A model generated the notes under the pieces. That model searched no databases. It was not told the DNA's origin and saw nothing but the letters and a program-made list of their open reading frames with translations. Of a stretch of DNA of 64,000 nucleotides, positions 55,878-64,000 are shown in pieces. The DNA lies in the NCBI GenBank assembly GCA_041613315.1, contig JBFJHJ010000007.1:1-64000 (forward strand). Direction: 5' to 3'. Source of the stretch: Gemmatimonadales bacterium. GTDB lineage: Bacteria > Gemmatimonadota > Gemmatimonadetes > Gemmatimonadales > GWC2-71-9. A program made the translations under genes and the position numbers. Positions within the stretch are counted from its first letter, which is position 1. Each line of letters opens with the position of its first letter.

Positions 55878-56480
55878 TCAGAAGCGGAGCGTCACCCCGA
55901 GTTCGAGTGTGGGTCGCGTCGGCGGCCCGAACGACAGCCCGAGGTTCGCGAGCGGCACCACGTGCCAACGGTCGCGCGGGCCGGTGCTCAGCCGCAGTCC
56001 GATGACCAGCCCGGCGGCGGCCCCGGTGGCGAGCCCGACCGACCGAAACGTGCCTTCGCACGTGCCGGCGCTACACGCCACCGTCTCGGCAAGGGCGCCA
56101 AGCAGCGCGCCCGACGCGCTGCCCACCAGCAATCCGATGAGACCGCCTCGAATGCGCCCGGACGGGAGCGGGCCGCTGCTCACTTCGAACCGGGTGAGCG
56201 CGCGCAGTGGAACCGTGAGCGTCGCCGGCTCGTCCGTGACGAGCACGAGGTCATCCGCGGTCAGCGTTTGGAGCGTCCCCACGTCCCGCCCGCAGATCCT
56301 CCGCGCGCCCATGCGACCGCGGTGCAGCGTGCAGTCGTGCGTCACGCGCACCCGCGCGCCCGGTGTGACGAGCAACCGTTCCTGACCAAGAAGAGAGGTG
56401 GCCCCCGGCATGAGCAGCAGCGCGACGAGTACGGCGGGACCCGCCGGATTCTTCAGCGGCGGAGGCCGTTGCCGGCGCAC
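55878..56480 (-). CDS. Hypothetical secreted protein with glycine-zipper-like segments (start uncertain)
   Basis: Hydrophobic N-terminus; PGARVRV; GGLIGLLVGSASGALLG; terminal LRF. Confidence 0.55.
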   Translation of the reverse strand: MRRQRPPPLKNPAGPAVLVALLLMPGATSLLGQERLLVTPGARVRVTHDCTLHRGRMGARRICGRDVGTLQTLTADDLVLVTDEPATLTVPLRALTRFEVSSGPLPSGRIRGGLIGLLVGSASGALLGALAETVACSAGTCEGTFRSVGLATGAAAGLVIGLRLSTGPRDRWHVVPLANLGLSFGPPTRPTLELGVTLRF

Positions 56481-56523
56481 CTGGAGCGCCCGTCGATCGG
56501 TGCCGGGTTCGCGGGCCACCGCG

Positions 56524-57426
56524 CTAGCGCTCGGGCGGCGGGTCGGAGCGGTCCAGCCGAAACACCCGCACGGCGTTGTCGTGAAACACCGCGCGCCAAT
56601 GCTCGCGTGGAATCGCGCGCTTGTAGGCGTCGACGTACCCTGCCATGTCCACCAGCGGCCAGTCGGATCCGAAGAGCACCTTCGTGGGATCCTCGATATA
56701 GCCGAAGATCCACGCGATGGGCCGCACGACGTACTCGTCCACCCAGGCTCGCGGACGCTCGGCGGGCGAGCCCACCATGAACGCCGAGGCCTCGAGATAG
56801 ACGTTGGGGTTCTTGTAGGCGACCTCGGCGGCGGTCTCGATCCACGGGTAGCCGGCGTGGGCGATCACGATCCGCACGCCGCGATGATCGACGGCGACCT
56901 CGTCAATCGCCAGCGGGTGCGCGTACTGGAGGCGCCCGCGGTCGGAGTAGGTGTCGCCCGTGTGGAAGACGACCGGGACGTCGTAGCGCTCGGCAAGGGC
57001 GTACGCCGGCGCGTACGCGGCGTCGGTCGGATACCGCGCGGCGTAGCCAAGGTAGATCTTGATGCAGCGGTAGCGGCGGGTGCGGAGCCCGTCGTCGAGA
57101 CGGGCCACGTCGACGCGGCTCCCGACGCCCGCACAGTGAATCACGCCGCGGTTCGAGAGATCCACGTACCCGCCGCCCAGGGAATCGGTGTGGGCCACGG
57201 CGCCCACCACGCCCGCGGCGGCCATCGCGTCCAGCAGTTGATCCCGGGTTTGTGCGATGCCGCTCGCCGGCTCGGGCTGGCCGGTGAATTGTGTGTGAAT
57301 GTGCGCATCGATGATCTCGAGGGCCGACTCCGGCGGCGCGCCGCACGCCATGAGGATGGCGAGGCCCGCGACGCCCACGCGGGGCGCGCGTCGTGAGCGG
57401 GGTCTCTTCGGGGGTGAGGAGCGCAT
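56524..57426 (-). CDS. Amidohydrolase_2 family protein, probable lipoprotein
   Basis: IDAHIH, FHTG, IAHAG, LFGSDWP, NAVRVF; LMAC lipobox. Confidence 0.87.
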   Translation of the reverse strand: MRSSPPKRPRSRRAPRVGVAGLAILMACGAPPESALEIIDAHIHTQFTGQPEPASGIAQTRDQLLDAMAAAGVVGAVAHTDSLGGGYVDLSNRGVIHCAGVGSRVDVARLDDGLRTRRYRCIKIYLGYAARYPTDAAYAPAYALAERYDVPVVFHTGDTYSDRGRLQYAHPLAIDEVAVDHRGVRIVIAHAGYPWIETAAEVAYKNPNVYLEASAFMVGSPAERPRAWVDEYVVRPIAWIFGYIEDPTKVLFGSDWPLVDMAGYVDAYKRAIPREHWRAVFHDNAVRVFRLDRSDPPPER

Positions 57427-57531
57427 GCACGCCGCCGTCGAAGTCGGTGCTAGGATAGCGCCCGTCGGCTTGGGAGACCAGTTCCGGCCCTCACCGTGCG
57501 TGGCGGGGGGCATTCCTTATCTTACTAGCAT

Positions 57532-60315
57532 ATGAGGCGACATCTTCCCGGCACTCCGAGGCGAGGGGCGGTGCTCAGCATGAGACGTGGTTCGGCGATG
57601 CTCGTGGCGGCGGCGCTGGTGCTGGCGGTCGTGCTGGGCGGTCCGACGCTCGTCCGGCTCATCACCGACTGGTACTGGTTCGACGCCCTCGGCTACGACG
57701 TGGTCTTCCGCACCGCACTCATCACGCGGCTCGGGCTCGGGCTTGGGGCGGGCCTCTTGGCCGTCGGCTTCTTTTACGGCAACCTCAAGTTCGCCCAGCG
57801 CGGCATGGTCCCCGACCCGGTGGTCGTTCGTCTCGGGGACCGCAACTCCGGCGTGGATCTCACGCGGACGCTCCGACGGCTGGCGCTGCCGGCGGCGCTA
57901 GGATTGGGCGCCCTCGTGGGCTTCGCCGCCTCCGGCGCCTGGCTCGTGGTGCTGGCGTTTCTCCACCGCACGCCGTTCGGCCTCACCGATCCCGTCTTCG
58001 GCCGGGACGTGGCGTACTATGTCTTCACGGTTCCGGCGCTGGTCGTGCTGCATGGGTTCGTGATCGGTGCGGCCATGATGGCACTGCTGGTGGTGCTGCC
58101 CCTGTACATCCTGCGGCGGGACGTCGTGTTGCTGGGTCGTCGGGTCGCGATCGAGCCCTCAGCGGAGCGGCATCTCGCGGCGCTCATCGCCGTGCTCTTC
58201 GTGGCCGTCGGCACCAACGCCTGGTTCGTCCGCCTGCCATCGCTGCTCCACACGGCGAGCGGGCCCCTCTTTGGCGCCAACTACGCCGACCTCGCGATCA
58301 ACATTCCGGCGATCCAGTTGGCGGCCGTCACGGCCCTGGCCGGCGCGGCGCTCGTCGTATGGGGCGTCCGGACCCACCGGCTCGCGCGAAACGCCGTGGT
58401 GGCGAGCCTGCTCTACGTCGCCGTCTCGGGCGTCCTCGGGCCCGTGGCCGCGGCCGCGACCCAAAAGCTCGTCGTAGATCCCAACGAGCTGGTGAAGGAG
58501 ACGCCGCAGCTCGAGCACCACATCGCCGCCACCCGGCGGGCGTGGGGCCTGGAGAAGGTGCAGGTGCGGGACTTGAGCGGTGATGCGACGCTCAGCCTCG
58601 CCGACATCCGGCGCAACGCCGGTACCATCCGCAACGTGCGGCTGTGGGACCGCGAGCCCTTACTCCAGACTTTCGGGCAACTCCAGGCGATCCGCACGTA
58701 CTATGACTTCGTGTCGGTGGACGACGACCGCTACTGGATCGACGGCGAGTACCGGCAGGTGCTCCTGGCCCCGCGGGAGCTGAACACGGCGTCGCTGCCG
58801 ACGCGCACGTTCATCAACGAGCGCCTCACCTTCACGCACGGCATGGGACTGACGCTGAGTCCAGTGAACTTGGTGACGCAGGAGGGGTTGCCGGTCCTGT
58901 TCATCAAGGACCTGCCGCCAGTCTCCTCCGTGTCCCTCCAGGTGACGCGTCCGGCGCTCTACTACGGCGAGCTCACCAGCGACTACGTCTTCGTGAACAC
59001 GCGGCAACGAGAGTTCGATTTTCCCGCGGGCGACGAGAACGCGTTCACGGCGTATGAAGGCGGAGGCGGTGTCCCCGTCGTCTCGTCGTTCCGGAAGATG
59101 CTCTTCAGTATGCGATTCGGCTCCCTCAAGGTACTCCTCTCGGACGACATCGGTGCCGAGAGCCGCGTGCTGTACTACCGACCCATCCGGGAGCGGGTCC
59201 GAAAGGCGTTGCCGTTCCTCCGATGGGACTCGGATCCTTACCTGGTGATCGCCGCCGACGGGGCGCTCAAGTGGATCCTCGATGCGTACACGACGACCGA
59301 CCGCTATCCCTACAGCCAGCCGGCGGCGGACGGCACGAACTACATGCGGAACAGCGTGAAGGTCGTGCTCGATGCGTACGACGGCAGTTTGGTGGCCTAC
59401 GCGGTGGACCCCGCGGATCCGATCCTCCAAACGTACGATCGCGTCTTCCCGGGCATCTTCAAGCCGCTGGACGACATGCCACCGGACCTGCGGGCACACA
59501 TCCGCTACCCCGACGACCTCTTCCGCATCCAGACCGCGCTCTACACCACGTACCACATGAACGAGCCGGATGTGTTCTATCACCGGGAGGACCAGTGGCA
59601 GATCCCGGTGCTCTCGCGCCAGGGCAGCGGTCGGGATCCCTTCCTGCGGCACATGGTGATGAAGCTGCCGGAGGAGCAGTCCGAGGAGTACATCCTGATG
59701 ACGCCGTTCACGCCGCGCCAGAAAGAGAACCTGGCGGCGTGGATGGTGGCGCGGAACGACGGCGCGCACTTCGGCGAGCTGATCGTGTACCGGTTCCCGC
59801 GTCAGAGCCTCGTGTTCGGCCCCAGCCAGATCGTGAACCGGATCAACCAGGATACGGAGATCTCCCGACAGGTCTCGCTCTGGGATCAGCGGGGGTCGGA
59901 GGTGATCCGCGGGAACCTGCTGGTGATCCCGATCGAAGAATCGCTGATCTTCGTCCAGGCGCTCTACCTGCGGGCCGAGGGCGGGCGGATCCCGGAGCTC
60001 AAGCGGGTGATCGTGGCGTATCAGAATCAGGTCGTGATGGAGGAGACGTTGGAGCAGGGGCTCGAACGGCTGTTCGGCGGCGTCGTGGGGGGCGCGCCCC
60101 GCACCGTGCAGGCGGCAGCGGTGGGTGCGCCGGCGCCGGCGCCGACGGTGGCGGCGGCCGCCCAGGTGGCCGACCTCGTCCGGCAGGCGGCGGAACGGTA
60201 TGACCAGGCGCTCGCCGCGCAGCGGGCGGGTGACTGGGCAACCTACGGCGAGCGCATGCGCAATGTCGGGGACCTGTTGCGGCGCCTCAGGGAGCTGGCC
60301 GGCGGCGGCAGCTGA
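57532..60315 (+). CDS. UPF0182 family membrane protein (alternative start at 57580)
   Basis: TDWYWF, DPVFGRDVAYYVF, NVRLWD, QLQAIRTYYDF..DRY, FTHG, NYMRNSVK, GNLLVIP. Confidence 0.93.
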   Translation: MRRHLPGTPRRGAVLSMRRGSAMLVAAALVLAVVLGGPTLVRLITDWYWFDALGYDVVFRTALITRLGLGLGAGLLAVGFFYGNLKFAQRGMVPDPVVVRLGDRNSGVDLTRTLRRLALPAALGLGALVGFAASGAWLVVLAFLHRTPFGLTDPVFGRDVAYYVFTVPALVVLHGFVIGAAMMALLVVLPLYILRRDVVLLGRRVAIEPSAERHLAALIAVLFVAVGTNAWFVRLPSLLHTASGPLFGANYADLAINIPAIQLAAVTALAGAALVVWGVRTHRLARNAVVASLLYVAVSGVLGPVAAAATQKLVVDPNELVKETPQLEHHIAATRRAWGLEKVQVRDLSGDATLSLADIRRNAGTIRNVRLWDREPLLQTFGQLQAIRTYYDFVSVDDDRYWIDGEYRQVLLAPRELNTASLPTRTFINERLTFTHGMGLTLSPVNLVTQEGLPVLFIKDLPPVSSVSLQVTRPALYYGELTSDYVFVNTRQREFDFPAGDENAFTAYEGGGGVPVVSSFRKMLFSMRFGSLKVLLSDDIGAESRVLYYRPIRERVRKALPFLRWDSDPYLVIAADGALKWILDAYTTTDRYPYSQPAADGTNYMRNSVKVVLDAYDGSLVAYAVDPADPILQTYDRVFPGIFKPLDDMPPDLRAHIRYPDDLFRIQTALYTTYHMNEPDVFYHREDQWQIPVLSRQGSGRDPFLRHMVMKLPEEQSEEYILMTPFTPRQKENLAAWMVARNDGAHFGELIVYRFPRQSLVFGPSQIVNRINQDTEISRQVSLWDQRGSEVIRGNLLVIPIEESLIFVQALYLRAEGGRIPELKRVIVAYQNQVVMEETLEQGLERLFGGVVGGAPRTVQAAAVGAPAPAPTVAAAAQVADLVRQAAERYDQALAAQRAGDWATYGERMRNVGDLLRRLRELAGGGS

Positions 60316-60413
60316 CCCATCGAGGCAGGACACCGGTGATGGTGCCGCACGGCGCGCCCGGGTAGCTTTGCACCACCGTCCTTCCGGACAGCCCGATGGC
60401 CGAGGAGCACTCC

Positions 60414-61853
60414 ATGCGCGTGTCGTACTGTGCCACCGTCGTCGCGCTCGCGACGCTGACGGTTTTCGCGATCCCCGCATCCGCCCAGGCCCCCAAGGAG
60501 CAGGTGACGCGCTCGGTGAACGCGCGCGCGGACACCTACCGCGAGGTCGCCGGAGCGATCTGGGGCTTCGCCGAGGTCGGGTACCAGGAGCAGCGGAGCT
60601 CGGACCTGCTCCAGCGCCAGCTCCGCGATGCGGGCTTCACCGTTACGGCCGGCGTGGCCGAGATCCCCACGGCCTTCGTCGCCTCGTATGGCAGCGGCAC
60701 GCCCGTGATCGCGATCCTCGCCGAGTTCGACGCCCTGCCGGGACTCTCACAAGCCGCGGAGCCAGTGCGCCGGCCGGTGGTGCTGGGCGGGTCGGGGCAC
60801 GCCTGCGGCCATCACCTCTTCGGGACCGGGTCTACCGCCGCGGCAATCGCGGTGAAAGACTGGCTCGCCGCCGCGCGCCGACCCGGCACGATCCGGCTCA
60901 TCGGGACGCCGGCCGAAGAGGGCGGCTCCGGCAAGGTCTACATGGTGCGCGCCGGCCTGTTCGACGACGTGGACGTTGTGCTCCACTGGCACGCCGGCGA
61001 TCGGAACGACGCGAGCCCGCGCTCCACGCTCGCGGTCAAGTCGGCCAAGTTCCGCTTCCACGGGGTGTCGGCGCACGCCGCCAGCGCACCCGACCGCGGC
61101 CGCTCCGCGCTCGACGCGGTCGAGGCGATGAACCACATGGTGAACCTCCTGCGGGAGCACGTCCCGCAGGAGTCACGGATCCACTACGTGATCACGAAGG
61201 GCGGCCTCGCGCCCAACGTGATCCCCGAGGAGGCGGAGGTCTACTACTATGCCCGCCACCCCGAGGCGGGCACGCTCGCCGGGATCTGGGAGCGCATCGA
61301 GCAGGCCGCCAGAGGCGCGGCGCTTGGCACGGGCACCACCGTTGACTGGGAGATCATCGGCGGCGCCCACAGCGTCCTCCCCAATGTCGCGTTGGCTCGG
61401 GTGATGGACGCGAACCTCCGCCGCGCGGGCGGCGTCGTGTATGCGGCCGACGACCGGGCGTTCGCCGAGAAACTCCGTGAGACGTTGGGCGCACCGGATC
61501 TCCCCCTCGCGTCCGCCGCGCAGGTGCAGCCCTTCAAGGAAGGGATCACGATGGCGTCGTCCGACGTCGGGGACGTGAGCTGGGTCATCCCTACGGTGGG
61601 GCTGCGCACCGCCACGTGGGTGCCCGGCACCGCCGCGCACACCTGGCAGGCGGTGGCGGCTGGGGGTACGGACATCGGCATGAAGGGAATGCTGCTCGCC
61701 GCGCGCACGTTGGCGATGACGGCGGTCGATCTGTTCACCGATCCCAAGCTGATCGAGGCCGCCCGGCGCGAATGGACCGAGCGCCGTGGTCCTGATTTCC
61801 GCTACGCGGCGCTCCTCGGCGATCGGTCGCCACCGCTCGACTACCGCAACTAG
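60414..61853 (+). CDS. M20 family amidohydrolase (AbgB-like), secreted
   Basis: Signal peptide; EFDALPGLSQ, GHACGHH, GTPAEEGGSGK, SSDVGDVSW, AHTWQ. Confidence 0.9.
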   Translation: MRVSYCATVVALATLTVFAIPASAQAPKEQVTRSVNARADTYREVAGAIWGFAEVGYQEQRSSDLLQRQLRDAGFTVTAGVAEIPTAFVASYGSGTPVIAILAEFDALPGLSQAAEPVRRPVVLGGSGHACGHHLFGTGSTAAAIAVKDWLAAARRPGTIRLIGTPAEEGGSGKVYMVRAGLFDDVDVVLHWHAGDRNDASPRSTLAVKSAKFRFHGVSAHAASAPDRGRSALDAVEAMNHMVNLLREHVPQESRIHYVITKGGLAPNVIPEEAEVYYYARHPEAGTLAGIWERIEQAARGAALGTGTTVDWEIIGGAHSVLPNVALARVMDANLRRAGGVVYAADDRAFAEKLRETLGAPDLPLASAAQVQPFKEGITMASSDVGDVSWVIPTVGLRTATWVPGTAAHTWQAVAAGGTDIGMKGMLLAARTLAMTAVDLFTDPKLIEAARREWTERRGPDFRYAALLGDRSPPLDYRN

Positions 61854-62007
61854 CCGCACACTGCGCAATCGGGTGCGGAGCGCGTCGGGAATTGCGTGAC
61901 ATCCGGCATGGCGTTGCGCGCCGTCCGACGCCATGTTGTCGCGCGCGACCTGTTTGAGCCGGAATACGTGCGTGCCGGGTTTCGGCACGGGACCGACGTG
62001 GGGACGG

Positions 62008-62529
62008 ATGGCCAACCGGATCCTGCTGGCTGACGACGATCAGCGCGTTCGTGAACTCCTGAGCAAGCGACTCAGCTCTGCCGGCTACGACGTGGTGGAG
62101 GCGGGGAACGGCGAGGAGGCGTCCCGGCTGTATCGCGAGGCGCCGACGGATGTCGTAATCACCGACATCGTGATGCCTGGCAAAGGTGGGCGCGAGTTGA
62201 TCAACGACCTGTTGCACTCGTTTCCCGAGGTCCGGATCGTGGCCATATCGGGCGCGCTGGACCGGGACATTACCGGTCTCTTGGGTGAGGCCTCTCGGCT
62301 CGGTGCGCTGCGCACGCTGGCCAAGCCGTTCACGTCGGAGCAGCTCCTCGATGCCGTGAAGGCCGTCCTCGAAGGGGACATCGCCGCGTTGCGTGAGAGC
62401 GACGCGGCGGCCGCCGATGCCCCGGCCGAAGGCGGCGGCATCTTGCCGTTCCTGCGTTGGGCGGCGATCCTCGCGGCGGTCGCGGCGCTCGTCGCGATGG
62501 CCCTCGTCTTTGGCTGGATCTCCTTTTAG
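62008..62529 (+). CDS. Response regulator receiver protein with C-terminal TM
   Basis: ILLADDD, TDIVMP, ISG, AKPF; C-terminal hydrophobic helix. Confidence 0.82.
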   Translation: MANRILLADDDQRVRELLSKRLSSAGYDVVEAGNGEEASRLYREAPTDVVITDIVMPGKGGRELINDLLHSFPEVRIVAISGALDRDITGLLGEASRLGALRTLAKPFTSEQLLDAVKAVLEGDIAALRESDAAAADAPAEGGGILPFLRWAAILAAVAALVAMALVFGWISF

Positions 62530-62619
62530 CACCTCGTAGCACCTTCGGGGCGTCGCCGTCCGGTCCCCCCACCGCCACGCCGGTTCCCCCGCGCCACCCG
62601 CGGCGCGGTGGGCCCCCCC

Positions 62620-62651
62620 TTGACCTTGTACCATGGTAGAGGCCTTACCAT
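62620..62651 (+). promoter_or_regulatory. MerR-type promoter/operator
   Basis: TTGACC-N20-TACCAT with dyad GTAC-CATG-GTAG (TACCATGGTA palindrome) in the spacer. Confidence 0.8.
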
Positions 62652-62687
62652 GTACCTGGTTGCAGGCCCGGGGGAGGATGACACGCC

Positions 62688-63101
62688 ATGGGACTCAGCA
62701 TCGGTCAGGTCGCCCGCGAGGCAGCCGTGAACATCCAGACCATTCGCTACTACGAACGGCGCGGCCTGATGCCGGCTCCGCGGCGGACGCCGTCGGGCTA
62801 CCGGCAGTACATGCCGGACGCGGTGGCGCGGCTCCGGTTCATCAAGCGCGCCCAGGACCTCGGGTTCTCGCTCGAGGAGATCCGCGATCTGCTCGCGCTC
62901 CGGGTGCGCCACGGCTCGGCCTGCGAAGCGGTCGAGGCGAAGGCGCGCGCGAAGGCGGCGCTGGTCAAGCAGAAGATCCAGGAGCTGCGGCGGATGCAGG
63001 CCGCGTTGCGGCGGTTGGTGGCCGCCTGCGAGGCGCGGGAGCCGACGGGAGAGTGCCCGATCCTGGAGCTGCTGGAGGAGGGAGCCACGGTTGATGCATA
63101 A
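62688..63101 (+). CDS. merR: Hg(II)-responsive MerR family regulator
   Basis: TIRYYERRGL, GYRQY, FIKRAQDLGFSLEEI; three Cys (SAC, AAC, ECPI). Confidence 0.88.
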   Translation: MGLSIGQVAREAAVNIQTIRYYERRGLMPAPRRTPSGYRQYMPDAVARLRFIKRAQDLGFSLEEIRDLLALRVRHGSACEAVEAKARAKAALVKQKIQELRRMQAALRRLVAACEAREPTGECPILELLEEGATVDA

Positions 63102-63432
63102 GACGGTGCTCGCCGCCGCGGCTGGAGTGGGGACGGCGTTCGTCTCGGCGCTATGCTGCGCGGGACCCTTGATCGCCGTGACGCTCGGCGTCTCCGGCGC
63201 CGGCCTCGCCAGCACCTTCGAGCCCCTCCGGCCGTACTTTCTGGGCGGGACGGTGCTGCTCCTGGGCTCAGGGCACTATCTGCTGCATCGTGAAGAGCGC
63301 AACGCCTGTGAGCCGGGCAAGGCGTGCGCGGATGCGCGGGTTCGGCGCCGCATGCGGATGATGCTGTGGGCGGCCACGGCGGCGGCCGTCGTGTTCGCCA
63401 CGTACCCGACCTGGTCGGCGTGGGTGCTCTAG
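63094..63432 (+). CDS. merT: Mercuric transport protein MerT
   Basis: [16 protein letters not shown], loop CEPGKAC, three TMs. Confidence 0.87.
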   Translation: MHKTVLAAAAGVGTAFVSALCCAGPLIAVTLGVSGAGLASTFEPLRPYFLGGTVLLLGSGHYLLHREERNACEPGKACADARVRRRMRMMLWAATAAAVVFATYPTWSAWVL

Positions 63433-63443
63433 GGAGGTTTCAC

Positions 63444-63821
63444 ATGGTCACCATCAGTCAGTTGGGCACGGCGGTGTTCATCGGCGCGGTTGCGCTCTGT
63501 CCGGACTGCGAATTCGGTGCGCCGGCGACCGCGGGCGCGGTAACCGTGGTGGCCGCGGCGTCTCCGGGCGTGACGGTGGACACCGCGATTGTCCGGCTCA
63601 CGATCTCTGGCATGACCTGCGGGAGCTGCGCCACCACGGCGCGGATCGCTCTGCAGCGGGTGCCGGGCGTCTACCAGGCTCGGGTATCATACGACTCATC
63701 GAGCGCGGTCGTGTCGTACGATCCGGCCGCGACGTCGCCGGCGAGGCTGATCGCGCAGCTGGCGGAGATGACGGGTTACCAGGCCCGGGTGGTGGAGACG
63801 CCGGAGCGCGAGGACGGATGA
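63444..63821 (+). CDS. merP: Periplasmic heavy-metal-binding protein (MerP-like HMA)
   Basis: GMTCGSC motif; SD GGAGG; located between merT and merA. Confidence 0.78.
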   Translation: MVTISQLGTAVFIGAVALCPDCEFGAPATAGAVTVVAAASPGVTVDTAIVRLTISGMTCGSCATTARIALQRVPGVYQARVSYDSSSAVVSYDPAATSPARLIAQLAEMTGYQARVVETPEREDG

Positions 63822-64000
63822 AGGTCCGCGTCGCCTCCAGCGATCTCCTGGTAGTGGGAGGTGGGTCCGCCGGCTTCGCCGCGGCGATCAAAGGCGCGGA
63901 ACTGGGCGCTCGAGTCCTGCTGCTCGAAGGAGGCACCCTGGGCGGGACCTGCGTCAACGTGGGGTGTGTGCCGTCCAAGACTCTGATCCGCGCCGCGGAA
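63818..64000 (+). CDS. merA: Mercuric reductase, 5' part (runs off the window)
   Basis: My translation: [61 protein letters not shown]; mer context; ATGA overlap. Confidence 0.85.
   Translation, partial: MKVRVASSDLLVVGGGSAGFAAAIKGAELGARVLLLEGGTLGGTCVNVGCVPSKTLIRAAE

Noticed and set aside
61903..61918. Sigma-54 promoter CGGCATGGCGTTGC
   Set aside because: GG-to-GC spacing is 9 nt rather than the required 10
61853..62620. Mobile-element boundary before the mer operon
   Set aside because: No transposase, resolvase, terminal inverted repeat or target duplication recognisable

Overview
This 64-kb window is very GC-rich, densely coding chromosomal DNA from a diderm bacterium (lnt, lolA and an Omp85 barrel are present). 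Gene content and synteny suggest Gemmatimonadota; that assignment is inference. Most genes are housekeeping: larE (partial), thpR, a sigma-54 response regulator, an aldehyde dehydrogenase, a short RpoD-family sigma factor, the rimO-hemL-spoIID-OMP-Gfo/Idh-lnt-oxoprolinase A/B operon, rpmE-prfA-prmC-ylbF-tmk-S41 protease-DUF2520, SPOR/SPOR-smc-S8-MBL-aroF-lolA, and prs-rplY-pth-hppA-ychF-rpsF-rpsR-DUF2232-rplI-DAK2/DegV-rsfS-Omp85. The last ~13 kb is more accessory: an unknown membrane protein plus a vWA lipoprotein, an SSS symporter, amidohydrolases, UPF0182, and a mer operon truncated in merA. I found no tRNA, rRNA, CRISPR array, transposase or integrase. The best candidates for undescribed systems are (i) a two-gene polytopic membrane protein + vWA/MIDAS lipoprotein operon with a multi-hairpin leader, (ii) a Crp/MBL-hydrolase/CsgG-like/GAF-HD-GYP cyclic-nucleotide module with a CRP box, (iii) a degenerate ParA/BY-kinase-TM-2xSPOR gene translationally coupled to smc, (iv) a gluzincin-propeller-Omp85 fusion, and (v) intergenic palindromes built from 7-nt repeats. 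All product calls come from motif recognition by eye; no database search was run.
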